From Pseudobdellovibrionaceae bacterium (GTDB lineage: Bacteria; Bdellovibrionota; Bdellovibrionia; Bdellovibrionales; Bdellovibrionaceae): a DNA stretch of 64,000 bases. Below, in pieces: positions 9,353 through 18,238 of this stretch. The DNA is taken from contig JBDHWW010000002.1 of assembly GCA_039810425.1 (NCBI GenBank), forward strand, positions 80,516 through 144,515, in the 5' to 3' direction. The notes beneath the pieces were generated by a model, which was given only the letters and a program-made list of their open reading frames with translations, was not told the DNA's origin and did not search any database. A program made the translations under genes and the position numbers. Position 1 is the first letter of the stretch, and every line of letters starts with the position of its first letter.

Positions 9353-10393
9353 ATGGAAAAACTCCTAAATCTGAGCTTTAAATCTAGCCAAAGCCTTAAG
9401 AAGGTTATCTTTCAGGAAGATCTTTTATTTGATCCCTTCGATAAGGCTGTTAGCCGTCTCAACTACAAGCCGGATCTTTTCAACTACGATCTTCAATCGG
9501 AAACAGTTATTAGCATTCAAAAGCTCCACAAAGCAAAGACATGGGAAGAGTGCTGTGCGGAAAGGGCGTTAAGCTTACTGAAACTCGAATATGAAAATTA
9601 TTGGTTTGCCTACAGTGGTGGCATCGATAGCACGGCGATGCTCACTTCGATCCTGAAGTTTTGGCCCGTCAAAGACCTAGCTCGTGTTTCCGTTGTGCTC
9701 ACCCATCACTCTGTCGAGGAGAATCCATTTTTTTTTGATAAGTATATCGTGAAGTTTAATCTTATTAACACTCTTCGCCCGCTCTCAAAAATGTTGTTGA
9801 AGGAACGCACGCTCTTGGTGACCGGTGAACTTGGCGATCAACTTTTTGGCTCCGATATACTAGGGGCTGGTAGCCGCCATTATGGCGATGAGGTCCTTTT
9901 TAAAAACTATAAAGACGTGGCTCCAAAGATTATTGAAGCTTACCTTGGCACAAAAGGGCCTGGAAAAAGTATTTTTGAGCACTTTTATCCGATTGTTGAA
10001 GAAGCTCCTTTCCCGATTAAGACAGCCTATGACTTTTTTTGGTGGTTGAACTTCTCGCAAAAATGGCAACACGTGAAATTTCGTTTTACCGAAAGCAAAA
10101 GTTGGCATTTGGCGGCCAAATATGGCAGTCATATCCAGCACTTCTACGACAGCCCGGACTTCCAAAGCTGGAGCTTACAGAATCATGATTTAAAAGTTCG
10201 CAGTACTTGGCAGTCTTACAAGTTCACTGCAAAGGACTACATTGCGGATTTTACCAAGGATCCAGGGCAGCTGGATCTGATGAAGATTCAAAGCCTGGAA
10301 AAAACCTATGTCCTCGATGAAAAACGTATTGGCGTAGACTCGAACTACAAACCGATCCGAGCCTTTGAGGAGCTCAGGCACTATGCCAGATAG
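9353..10393 (+). CDS. Asparagine-synthetase-like adenine nucleotide alpha hydrolase, copy 2
   Basis: YSGGIDST, TGELGDQLFG, WWLNFSQKWQ, HFYDSPDFQSWS, YKFTAKD. Confidence 0.75.
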   Translation: MEKLLNLSFKSSQSLKKVIFQEDLLFDPFDKAVSRLNYKPDLFNYDLQSETVISIQKLHKAKTWEECCAERALSLLKLEYENYWFAYSGGIDSTAMLTSILKFWPVKDLARVSVVLTHHSVEENPFFFDKYIVKFNLINTLRPLSKMLLKERTLLVTGELGDQLFGSDILGAGSRHYGDEVLFKNYKDVAPKIIEAYLGTKGPGKSIFEHFYPIVEEAPFPIKTAYDFFWWLNFSQKWQHVKFRFTESKSWHLAAKYGSHIQHFYDSPDFQSWSLQNHDLKVRSTWQSYKFTAKDYIADFTKDPGQLDLMKIQSLEKTYVLDEKRIGVDSNYKPIRAFEELRHYAR

Positions 10394-10955
10394 AGTAAAG
10401 CTCTTCATTTATACCGACGCTAAAACTCACCGTGTACTTTTAACAAAGCGAAGTACGAGGTTCAATTTTCTGGTAACTGTTCAAGGTGTTCATGTGCACA
10501 TTCTCAGTTCGCGCCTTGAACTTCCGGAAATCAAGCCTATGGCTCAAACTTACACACCTAAAGTGGGACTGAAGAAGGCTGGATCAAAACTTGGCAAGCC
10601 GGCGCAAGAGCGCCTGGGCATTTTGCGTCGAAAGGTCGAGATCGTCATTCTGGTGCTGACGAGCCTCTATATTATGCGCGATGAGATGAAGGCCACCTTC
10701 GCAAAGCGTGTTCTTGAAAACACCCCGATAAGTTCAGATAACTTCAAAAAATACTGGCTTTTTTCCGCCGAAGAAAAGAATCTCCTATCTGTGCGTCTTC
10801 AAAAATTCGAGAAAAAGTTCACTATGGCGGTCAATGCCGCAGAAACCCTGGATCAAGTGGATGCTCTTTACGAGCATCTGCATTTTAATGTGAATCTTGG
10901 GGTCTACTCAGTGATGAATAGAGAGAGAAAGGGGCTCCATGGCACAAAAAGTTAG
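10383..10955 (+). CDS. Hypothetical protein, probable paralog of 7549..8247
   Basis: SD GAGGAG before ATG 10383; N-term IYTDAKTHRVLLTKR, C-term VNAAETLDQVDALY. Confidence 0.7.
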   Translation: MPDRVKLFIYTDAKTHRVLLTKRSTRFNFLVTVQGVHVHILSSRLELPEIKPMAQTYTPKVGLKKAGSKLGKPAQERLGILRRKVEIVILVLTSLYIMRDEMKATFAKRVLENTPISSDNFKKYWLFSAEEKNLLSVRLQKFEKKFTMAVNAAETLDQVDALYEHLHFNVNLGVYSVMNRERKGLHGTKS

Positions 10956-11283
10956 TATTGATATCTTAAAGAAGGCCCTTCTGGAGGTTAATCCTCGTGT
11001 GCGTAAGATAAACTTCACGGCACAAACAGATCTCTTTGAAGAGGGAATTCTGGATTCATACTCCGTGATTCAGCTTGTGAATACTTTTGAAAAGCGCTTT
11101 GGTATTGTCTTTGATTATGCCGATTTGAAGGCGGCGTATTTTAGGAACCTCATAAGTCTTATCGGTATCCTCACGATGAAGTATAAGCTCAAGGAGGGCA
11201 AGAATCCTCCGCCAAATAAGAAGAAAAAGAAAAGAAAGGCCAAAAAAGCCGGGGTCGTCAAAAAGGCTAAAAAGAAGAATTAA
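10939..11283 (+). CDS. Acyl carrier protein (DltC-like) with Lys-rich tail
   Basis: DLFEEGILDSYSVIQLVNTFEKRFGI, with phosphopantetheine-acceptor Ser in LDS; tail NKKKKKRKAKKAGVVKKAKKKN. Confidence 0.8.
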   Translation: MAQKVSIDILKKALLEVNPRVRKINFTAQTDLFEEGILDSYSVIQLVNTFEKRFGIVFDYADLKAAYFRNLISLIGILTMKYKLKEGKNPPPNKKKKKRKAKKAGVVKKAKKKN

Positions 11284-11936
11284 AACTTCGTAAATGTTCG
11301 ATTTAACATCGGATGAGAATCATCTGTCGGCCCGGTATCCGAATCCGGATGAAAGGCGATAATTTTCAATTTTTCGCCGAAAGAATTGAATGAGTGAACT
11401 AAACCCTCCGGTAAATAGAAGGCCATGCCCGGTTTCAAAGGGAGTTTCTGATTCGGCATCACACACTCCCCTTCACCTTCAAACACGACACCAAGACGAA
11501 CCGTCGGATGAATATGCGGCGTTTGAACCACTTTGGGCGGAAATACTAAAAGGTTGAAAACGGGATCCCCCATACGGGGCGGCGGAATGATAATTGTTGT
11601 GTTGGAATTATCGATGTAACAGAGACGACCACTGTCTTCTACGGGGCCACCTACATGGAGAAGCCCCCGGTATCCGACGCGTTCGATGACGATGATTTCG
11701 CCATCCCCTTTGATATGAAACGGGCCGGGCGCAGAGAAGTACATGCCACCCTGAAGTGTGACATAGTGTTGCCCCTGGCGCTGCAATTCATATTTGCCAT
11801 TGAGAACGAATCCAAAGTAAGTACTTGTCGGGAGCGCAAAACTCTCATCACAGCGTCCGAAGCCTTTTAAGACACTCGGATACATCGTGGCAGACGCATC
11901 TAAAACACATCCTTCTTTAACCTGCTTATAAATCAT
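11280..11936 (-). CDS. Cupin-domain protein
   Basis: HIHP...GVVFEGEG and P.GLVHSF cupin motifs; FHPDSDTGPTDDSHPM. Confidence 0.75.
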   Translation of the reverse strand: MIYKQVKEGCVLDASATMYPSVLKGFGRCDESFALPTSTYFGFVLNGKYELQRQGQHYVTLQGGMYFSAPGPFHIKGDGEIIVIERVGYRGLLHVGGPVEDSGRLCYIDNSNTTIIIPPPRMGDPVFNLLVFPPKVVQTPHIHPTVRLGVVFEGEGECVMPNQKLPLKPGMAFYLPEGLVHSFNSFGEKLKIIAFHPDSDTGPTDDSHPMLNRTFTKF

Positions 11937-12025
11937 AGTTGCTCCCCCACTCCTCTACTTTAAAGACTATCTCCCTATTTCCATTCGCTGTCATGGTCCA
12001 ATGCATATGGATCCAGACCTAAGTT

Positions 12026-12994
12026 TTAAATCGTCGCCTTCGCTTTCTGCTTCTTATGCATTGTTTTTGGCTTCTTTGTTTCCGCCTTCATCTTTTCTGC
12101 ATTTTCTTTTCTATTTTTTTCCATGGCTAAATAGCTTGAGATCATCGGCTTGATTATTTGAAAGCTCTTATTGACGCCATTCGAATTTAGCTGCGTCCTC
12201 GAACCACCCATAAGATTTTCTGAGCGGAAAAGTTGATAGAACTCCCGCGTAAGTAATTGAAAATTGAAGCCAGAATAAGCCAAATATTCTTTTATCTCTT
12301 TTTTATCTACGTTAGCGCCGCTGAAAAATATTTGAGCTACAGAGGAACTCATTTGATTGTCAGGAAATATTTCACGGTTATATCGTATTCTTTCTGGAGA
12401 TATAAGAAAGACGACTCGGGCTTTATCTTTCAATAAGAACTGGATAGACCGGAGTGGCACGAAACTTACATCGAGAAAAAATTCCCTTTTGTCGGTAGCC
12501 GAGCCTTCGACATTCCAGCTCGTCTCCAATCTATCCTGTATGAAAATGGCCTTCTTAACGGGCAACAGATAATCTAATCTAGGCAACAACACTCGCGACC
12601 ACGTGGGTTGATTCGTAAAAATTTCATCTTTAGAAAAGACTTCTGCAGTGAGAGGCGTGTCAGGTAAGTTCCTGCTAAAAAGCACTTCTTCAAAATCCCT
12701 TGCAAACATTCTGGACGGCTGGACATAGAAAATGTAGTCAGGCTGTGACGTCTTTAGACGCTCTTGGAGAAAGAAGTACTGGCTAAGAGCGAATCCCGGA
12801 GATGTCTTTAGCTCCACTTGAACCGGCCTTCCCAAAGACTGTAACAAATAGGATTCCAGGTTGTGCAGGCTCGTTTTGAGTTCTGGCGTATCAGCACTCC
12901 AAATCTCCGGCGCAACAAGCCACACGATCAGTGGCCCGTCATCTGCTTTAGCCTGTAGACATAATAGTACAAGAAAGCTTAAAACGTACTTCAA
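12026..12994 (-). CDS. Exported protein, possibly degenerate SGNH/DltD-like fold
   Basis: Signal peptide; SPGFALSQY...SQPDYIF and QLNSNG resemble SGNH blocks II/III/V, but catalytic Ser/His are not evident. Confidence 0.45.
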   Translation of the reverse strand: MKYVLSFLVLLCLQAKADDGPLIVWLVAPEIWSADTPELKTSLHNLESYLLQSLGRPVQVELKTSPGFALSQYFFLQERLKTSQPDYIFYVQPSRMFARDFEEVLFSRNLPDTPLTAEVFSKDEIFTNQPTWSRVLLPRLDYLLPVKKAIFIQDRLETSWNVEGSATDKREFFLDVSFVPLRSIQFLLKDKARVVFLISPERIRYNREIFPDNQMSSSVAQIFFSGANVDKKEIKEYLAYSGFNFQLLTREFYQLFRSENLMGGSRTQLNSNGVNKSFQIIKPMISSYLAMEKNRKENAEKMKAETKKPKTMHKKQKAKATI

Positions 12995-14325
12995 TAGAGT
13001 TCTCCAGTTTTGACTGCGTGGTTTAATTTATACTGATTTGGATAAAAAAGAACCTTTTGAGCCCAATCTTTCATCCCGTTACGATACCAATAAATGCTCT
13101 TATATCCTTTGGATTTTAAGTAAATAGCGGCTTTATACGCACGCCAATCATACTCGTTCTCACCAATGAGAACGATCGTCTTATTTTTTGGTATGTTGAT
13201 ACTATTCTTATAGCCTTCCTTGTGTCTCCTCAATCCTTTCGCATTCATCCTGCCACGAAAGACCGGCATGGAAAGTGCGTTTCTTTTTTCGGGGAAAGAC
13301 ATCGCTAATGTTCCCGGCAAAGAGAATTTTTTTTCCAAGCGAACGTCGACTATTGTATTTTTCTTTTTATCCCGCATAAACTCTCGAACTTGATTTGCCT
13401 CGACGACTATTGCCGCATCAGACTTATCCGGCGTTAGACACGGCTTTGCTTTGTCTCCATACTCCGCCATTCCACCGGGAAACCAACCTACGTTTCTATA
13501 CCCCATAGAGACTAGCAGTGTGACCGTGTTATAAGCAGAGTACTCTGCGGGACACCCAGAAATGATATTTACAGGCTCGCCTTTATTTGCGGGAAGAGGG
13601 TTTTTACTAAACATGATCTTATGTTTTTTCATTTCCTCCGGTGACAAAATCTCAGAGGAAATTCGCATATAGTCAACATACTCAAGAGCCTTTGCATACT
13701 CCAGGGGAACCTTCTTTTTTAAGGTCGCGGGCCGGATATCATATACGTGACTGTTTTTTAAACTCTCCATGAACTCCTTTTTTTTAAGACTCTTAGCCTC
13801 AGGATGCACGCGAGGACTTCCATAAGATTTCAAAGTGTCGGACAAATGATCCGCTATGACAGTTACGGCAATAAGAGGAGCCATATCAAGATCGGGACCT
13901 TTTCTCCCGGTAAAGTCAGCAATCTTATTTTTAAAATAATTTAACTCTTTTTCAGTCGCCTGGTGTGATTCACGTTTTTTGTACTCAGCATAGTTAATTT
14001 TTTCTACTTTCAGGATTTTAACAGTCCCTCTGTTTGCCCGCCAAAATACCAGGCTTTCTGAATTTTTCGTCTCTACCAACTCAATTTTTTGATTAGGCAT
14101 AAAACATTTATCGGTGTTCACAAAATAGAGCGTTTCTGGCTGGTTCTTAATCACCTTCCAAAATTTGGCACTATTCATGTGTATATTTTTTTCCGCTGTT
14201 TTCTCTGAGCATGCTACGGCCGTGACGCCCTCCACGGCTGTCTTTTCGGCCGCCACCACAGGCCAGGCCAGTAGTGATAAGGCTAAAATGAAACAAGCAA
14301 TATAACCGTTATAATTCACTTCCAT
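12991..14325 (-). CDS. Exported tandem rhodanese-like domain protein
   Basis: Signal peptide; two repeats VYDIR...MGYRNVGWFPGGMAEY and IVDVR...KGYKSIYWYRNGMKDW. Confidence 0.7.
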   Translation of the reverse strand: MEVNYNGYIACFILALSLLAWPVVAAEKTAVEGVTAVACSEKTAEKNIHMNSAKFWKVIKNQPETLYFVNTDKCFMPNQKIELVETKNSESLVFWRANRGTVKILKVEKINYAEYKKRESHQATEKELNYFKNKIADFTGRKGPDLDMAPLIAVTVIADHLSDTLKSYGSPRVHPEAKSLKKKEFMESLKNSHVYDIRPATLKKKVPLEYAKALEYVDYMRISSEILSPEEMKKHKIMFSKNPLPANKGEPVNIISGCPAEYSAYNTVTLLVSMGYRNVGWFPGGMAEYGDKAKPCLTPDKSDAAIVVEANQVREFMRDKKKNTIVDVRLEKKFSLPGTLAMSFPEKRNALSMPVFRGRMNAKGLRRHKEGYKNSINIPKNKTIVLIGENEYDWRAYKAAIYLKSKGYKSIYWYRNGMKDWAQKVLFYPNQYKLNHAVKTGELY

Positions 14326-16712
14326 CGAACAAGCCCCCCAGACGTATCGAGTGAAAAAATAATTTCGCCATTGTTAATCCAAGGAACAGAACTCAAACGG
14401 TCTCCGAGATTAATCCGCCTTTTAATGGTCCCTTTTAAAGAATTAAAAATACATAGTTCTCTTTCAAAACAATTTGCCAGAAGCTCCTCCTGCTGATTTT
14501 TCCCTTTTTTTTCTACAAGCAATACCGGGCTTGAGAAAAAAACTCCGCTTCCTTGATGCCGCCACAGTTCTTTTCCGTTCGAGAAGTCAAGGGCTATGGT
14601 TCTTCCAGAAGACGTGCTAATGTAGACAGCATTCGCTTTTTTTGACCATGTCGGCGAGCTTTGACAAGCGCCTTCTAAAGGCGAATTCCAAAGGAGCTCA
14701 CCCGTAGCTGCCTTCACCTTATAGATATTCTTGTCCCAAGAGCAGAAGACCACCGAACCATCAGCGACCATGGGTGTGCCCTTAATCGCCAGTCCAATGG
14801 GGTACCGCCATGCAAACTTCCCGGTCACCACATCTAACGCGTTTAAATAGCCATTGTTCGAGCCCACAAAGACCAGCCTGCCGTCTTCTGAAAGTGCGGG
14901 CGACGAATGCGCCTGATCTCCAAAGAAGGGACTCTTCCACTGAAGCTCTCCTGTGGCGGCGTCAATTTTGGCAATAAAGCCGTCCGGTGGTGAAAAGGTC
15001 TCTACAGCAACGTAGATTGAACCTCGATCATATAAAGGCGAAGATCCAATAGTCTGGCCCAGAGGTAATAGCCAATTGAGTTCACCTGACTCTTTATTAG
15101 CTGAATAAAGCATGCCGTCGTAGTCACCCCAATAAACTGAGTTTCCCGCTATAAGCCCGCTGCCGTGGATTCCTTTGTCCGCTGATGTCGTCCACCGCCA
15201 AATTTCCCTTCCTGACATATCTATCGCAGAGAAATAGCCCTGATCAGAACCAGCAAAGATCTTAGTGCCGTCTGATATCGGAGAACTTTTACTCGCTGTA
15301 TGCCGTGAATCATTCCAATTTGGTTTGCGCCATATAGGTCGGCTCATCGGATGAATTAGCTCCTTAGTCTGGACAACTCCAGTACGTTGAGCATCTTCAC
15401 GATACATCACCGTCCTCTGCGAAGAATCCAATTTCGCACTTTGATAGCGCCATGGAGTGATTTCAGCCGAGCCATTCTTATTTGTCTCTATCCAAGGGTT
15501 GCTCCAAAGAGGGTTAAAGGATGGACTGCTCTTACAAATGTCATCCAATTTTACCGTCGGATGAAAATTGCTTTCACTGCTCAATCGCGTCTGCAAAAAA
15601 AGGCTTACGGAAGCAGCGTCATTGTTTTTGCGATTGTACTCGCAAAGACGACGTGCGAATTCGAGATATAAGTAGGGCTCACAGCGAATCCGGGTTCCCA
15701 CGTTTTCCAAATTGATCTGCATTTGAACATAGTGCCCTACTCCTTTATTGATCACAAAGCTATGTCGGCAAACCGCGCGGGCATCAAACATGTTGAGAGA
15801 GACAAGCCGGCCCTCCCCTGTTAGCGCCGAATTACCAGACAAAAGCATGGGGTAAATTTGGGCAAGAATAAATGCCCCAATTAAGAAACGATGTGGTCTA
15901 TAAGACCAAATATCAGAAAGTCGTGGCGACGGAGTATCCGTCTTAAACATGAATATAAAAATGCTGAGGACACAAAACATAACGGCTGGATAAAATAGTC
16001 CTACAATTTGAATGGAGTATATGTGAAAGATAAAAAATTGAATCAAGGAGACTTTTTGTAAATGTCGTCTCGAACTCAAAAGTAAAAAAGAAATCCCAAT
16101 CTCTAAAACTATCACATATACCGTGGCAAGCTGAATTGGAATCCATTTTAATGGCCCAATATCACCATAGAGAGCACTTCCTGAAATCCACTCATTGTTC
16201 AGCTTAAGAACACCTGCTCCTAGATAGATCATGACAATGGCTATTGGAATCAATTGAATTTTACGTGGGACTAACAAGAAAATAAGAATAAAGATGAAGT
16301 GGATATAATGAAAGTTGCCCATCAAACGATAGTCTTGCGAATAAATAAAGAACTTAAATAATAGAATAAAGAATGAATAGCTGTAAGCCGCGGCAATTGA
16401 TTTTCTTAGCCATAACGTCGATCCAATCAAACCCGCAATAAAATAAGTGACAAGAATCCAACGCCACAGCTCTGGCGTGCCAAAGCGAAAACTTTCGCAA
16501 AATTGCATAAAGGGCTGGCAATACCCCGGCGTGGCTTTGCTGATCTGGTTGTAGACTTCGCCGACAAAAAACCAATAAGAAAAAGTGAAGAAGTGAATAA
16601 GGGACAAAAGAAATCCATAATTTCGCAACGCCGGCGATTTCTGAATTTCTTCCCTATTAACCCGTATGAATTGCTTACTTTTTGCTGGCAAACCAGACGT
16701 CAACGACTTCAC
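14316..16712 (-). CDS. HTTM (vitamin K-dependent carboxylase-like) membrane domain fused to PQQ-like/BamB-type beta-propeller
   Basis: IYLGAGVLKLNNEWISG, GNFHY, GRLVSLNMF; C-terminal repeats SSP...G.L.A.D..TG...W. Confidence 0.75.
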   Translation of the reverse strand: MKSLTSGLPAKSKQFIRVNREEIQKSPALRNYGFLLSLIHFFTFSYWFFVGEVYNQISKATPGYCQPFMQFCESFRFGTPELWRWILVTYFIAGLIGSTLWLRKSIAAAYSYSFFILLFKFFIYSQDYRLMGNFHYIHFIFILIFLLVPRKIQLIPIAIVMIYLGAGVLKLNNEWISGSALYGDIGPLKWIPIQLATVYVIVLEIGISFLLLSSRRHLQKVSLIQFFIFHIYSIQIVGLFYPAVMFCVLSIFIFMFKTDTPSPRLSDIWSYRPHRFLIGAFILAQIYPMLLSGNSALTGEGRLVSLNMFDARAVCRHSFVINKGVGHYVQMQINLENVGTRIRCEPYLYLEFARRLCEYNRKNNDAASVSLFLQTRLSSESNFHPTVKLDDICKSSPSFNPLWSNPWIETNKNGSAEITPWRYQSAKLDSSQRTVMYREDAQRTGVVQTKELIHPMSRPIWRKPNWNDSRHTASKSSPISDGTKIFAGSDQGYFSAIDMSGREIWRWTTSADKGIHGSGLIAGNSVYWGDYDGMLYSANKESGELNWLLPLGQTIGSSPLYDRGSIYVAVETFSPPDGFIAKIDAATGELQWKSPFFGDQAHSSPALSEDGRLVFVGSNNGYLNALDVVTGKFAWRYPIGLAIKGTPMVADGSVVFCSWDKNIYKVKAATGELLWNSPLEGACQSSPTWSKKANAVYISTSSGRTIALDFSNGKELWRHQGSGVFFSSPVLLVEKKGKNQQEELLANCFERELCIFNSLKGTIKRRINLGDRLSSVPWINNGEIIFSLDTSGGLVRWK

Positions 16713-18237
16713 CCTTCATTCTTTTACCGCTCTTCAATAGAGTAAAAGAGGACCGCTCTCTTAGCTCCGCCCGACTCCCAATTGCCAACGCCGCATTCTT
16801 CGAGTATCTCAAAGAAATAGATTCGACACCCGCCTCTTTCAAAGTTTTTAAATCCTTTTTTAGAGTTACACCCTTCCCTGTGGAGTCATGCCAAAGCCGC
16901 AGTTGGGGATAAATCGGATCTTTGGCGTCGATAACTCCATCTCCATTCTCATCAAATACGGCCAAGAGTTCAAACCCATTTAAGGAACTATCCTCGCTGC
17001 CAAACATTTCAGTGACATCGTTGATTATTCCATCGCTGTTTCTATCCAAAACTAAGAAGGCCGCATTAAGCTCTGGCTCTGGCCAATAAGTTTTATCCGC
17101 ATAACTACTCATTTTGAAATCGATGAATCGATTAAACTGGGCTTCCTGTCGATCGAAGAACAGCATCAATGGAGAAAAGTACCCCCCACAGAAATCGACT
17201 TGGCCTGGAAAGGCCGCGGTGATATTTAAGACTTTGAAATCGCTGGACCAAAAGGCTTCCCAATTTACGGAAATACCGCCATCTCTGCCCATATATTTTT
17301 GAATGTCCGCGGGCGCGTTAGTGTAATTGAATGGATTTGGAACTGGATTAACAACCGCATCGATGGCCCGTATTTGGTTCCACCAGGCGAAGCGTGGCTG
17401 GCCCCATCCGGGATCTTTATTAAATGCCGGCCCATCACGCATTGGTACCTCATCCACCACGGGGGTTCCTGGATCATTGATCGTTCCGCCACCGCCATCG
17501 CCGCCGCCATCACCGCCATCGCCGCCTGCATATGACTTTTCCGTAGCGCCCCATGAAAGCCACTTAAATGGAGTCATGAAAGAGGATAGTGCCGTTTGAA
17601 TTCCCCAAGGCCTTATCTTTTGCTTTTCTTCAAGCTTTGAGACCTTAACTTGTCCCACGACACTGTACACATCTTGAGTGACATCAACTTGGCTCACTAA
17701 AGAAGCGAAGTCGGAATTCGTATAGGTATTTCCCGTGAGTGGAACCCCGGGGGTTATGCTTAGTGGTGCATTAAAAATGATAGTATTTCCAAAAGCGCTG
17801 GTGAGGCCTGGCTGGCGTCCGGTCGGCTCGTAAGGCCAGTCATTGTTGTCTGGCGATTTATCAACATAAAAAACAGAGCCATTAACAATAGCCAGCGGAT
17901 TAGGAAAGGGTACCATCGTGCTTTGCTTTGTATTCATAACCATCCAGCCAGGAAATACGATGGAAAATGAATCTCCATTTCGAAAGGCCATACTAAACTT
18001 GATACTTCCGGTCGGCGAAATAGGATTTGGAACACTACGAAGATTCGTGCCAAAACACGAAACATTCATTCTTACTTGAAAGCCCATTGTAGGATCGCTA
18101 AAAGAGCTGGCTTGATCAGAAAATATTATTGTATCTGTGGCCCGGCCCGCTTGGCTGGGACGAACCAACACTTGAGCCCCCTGCACCGGGCCTGATGTTG
18201 CTGCCAATAAAATGCTTAGAAATACTTTTTTCTTCAT
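16675..18237 (-). CDS. Secreted protein with C-terminal EF-hand-like Ca-binding domain
   Basis: Signal peptide; SPLML, LVLDRNSDGII, NGFELLAVFDENGDGVIDAKD, LRLWHD; Gly/Asp linker. Confidence 0.7.
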   Translation of the reverse strand: MKKKVFLSILLAATSGPVQGAQVLVRPSQAGRATDTIIFSDQASSFSDPTMGFQVRMNVSCFGTNLRSVPNPISPTGSIKFSMAFRNGDSFSIVFPGWMVMNTKQSTMVPFPNPLAIVNGSVFYVDKSPDNNDWPYEPTGRQPGLTSAFGNTIIFNAPLSITPGVPLTGNTYTNSDFASLVSQVDVTQDVYSVVGQVKVSKLEEKQKIRPWGIQTALSSFMTPFKWLSWGATEKSYAGGDGGDGGGDGGGGTINDPGTPVVDEVPMRDGPAFNKDPGWGQPRFAWWNQIRAIDAVVNPVPNPFNYTNAPADIQKYMGRDGGISVNWEAFWSSDFKVLNITAAFPGQVDFCGGYFSPLMLFFDRQEAQFNRFIDFKMSSYADKTYWPEPELNAAFLVLDRNSDGIINDVTEMFGSEDSSLNGFELLAVFDENGDGVIDAKDPIYPQLRLWHDSTGKGVTLKKDLKTLKEAGVESISLRYSKNAALAIGSRAELRERSSFTLLKSGKRMKGEVVDVWFASKK

Positions 18238-18238
18238 T

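Noticed and set aside
8234..10393. Lasso peptide or QueC/deazaguanine interpretation of the PP-loop genes
   Set aside because: No leader peptidase, RRE or precursor ORF seen; no QueC CxxCxxC Zn motif and no QueD/QueE/TGT nearby
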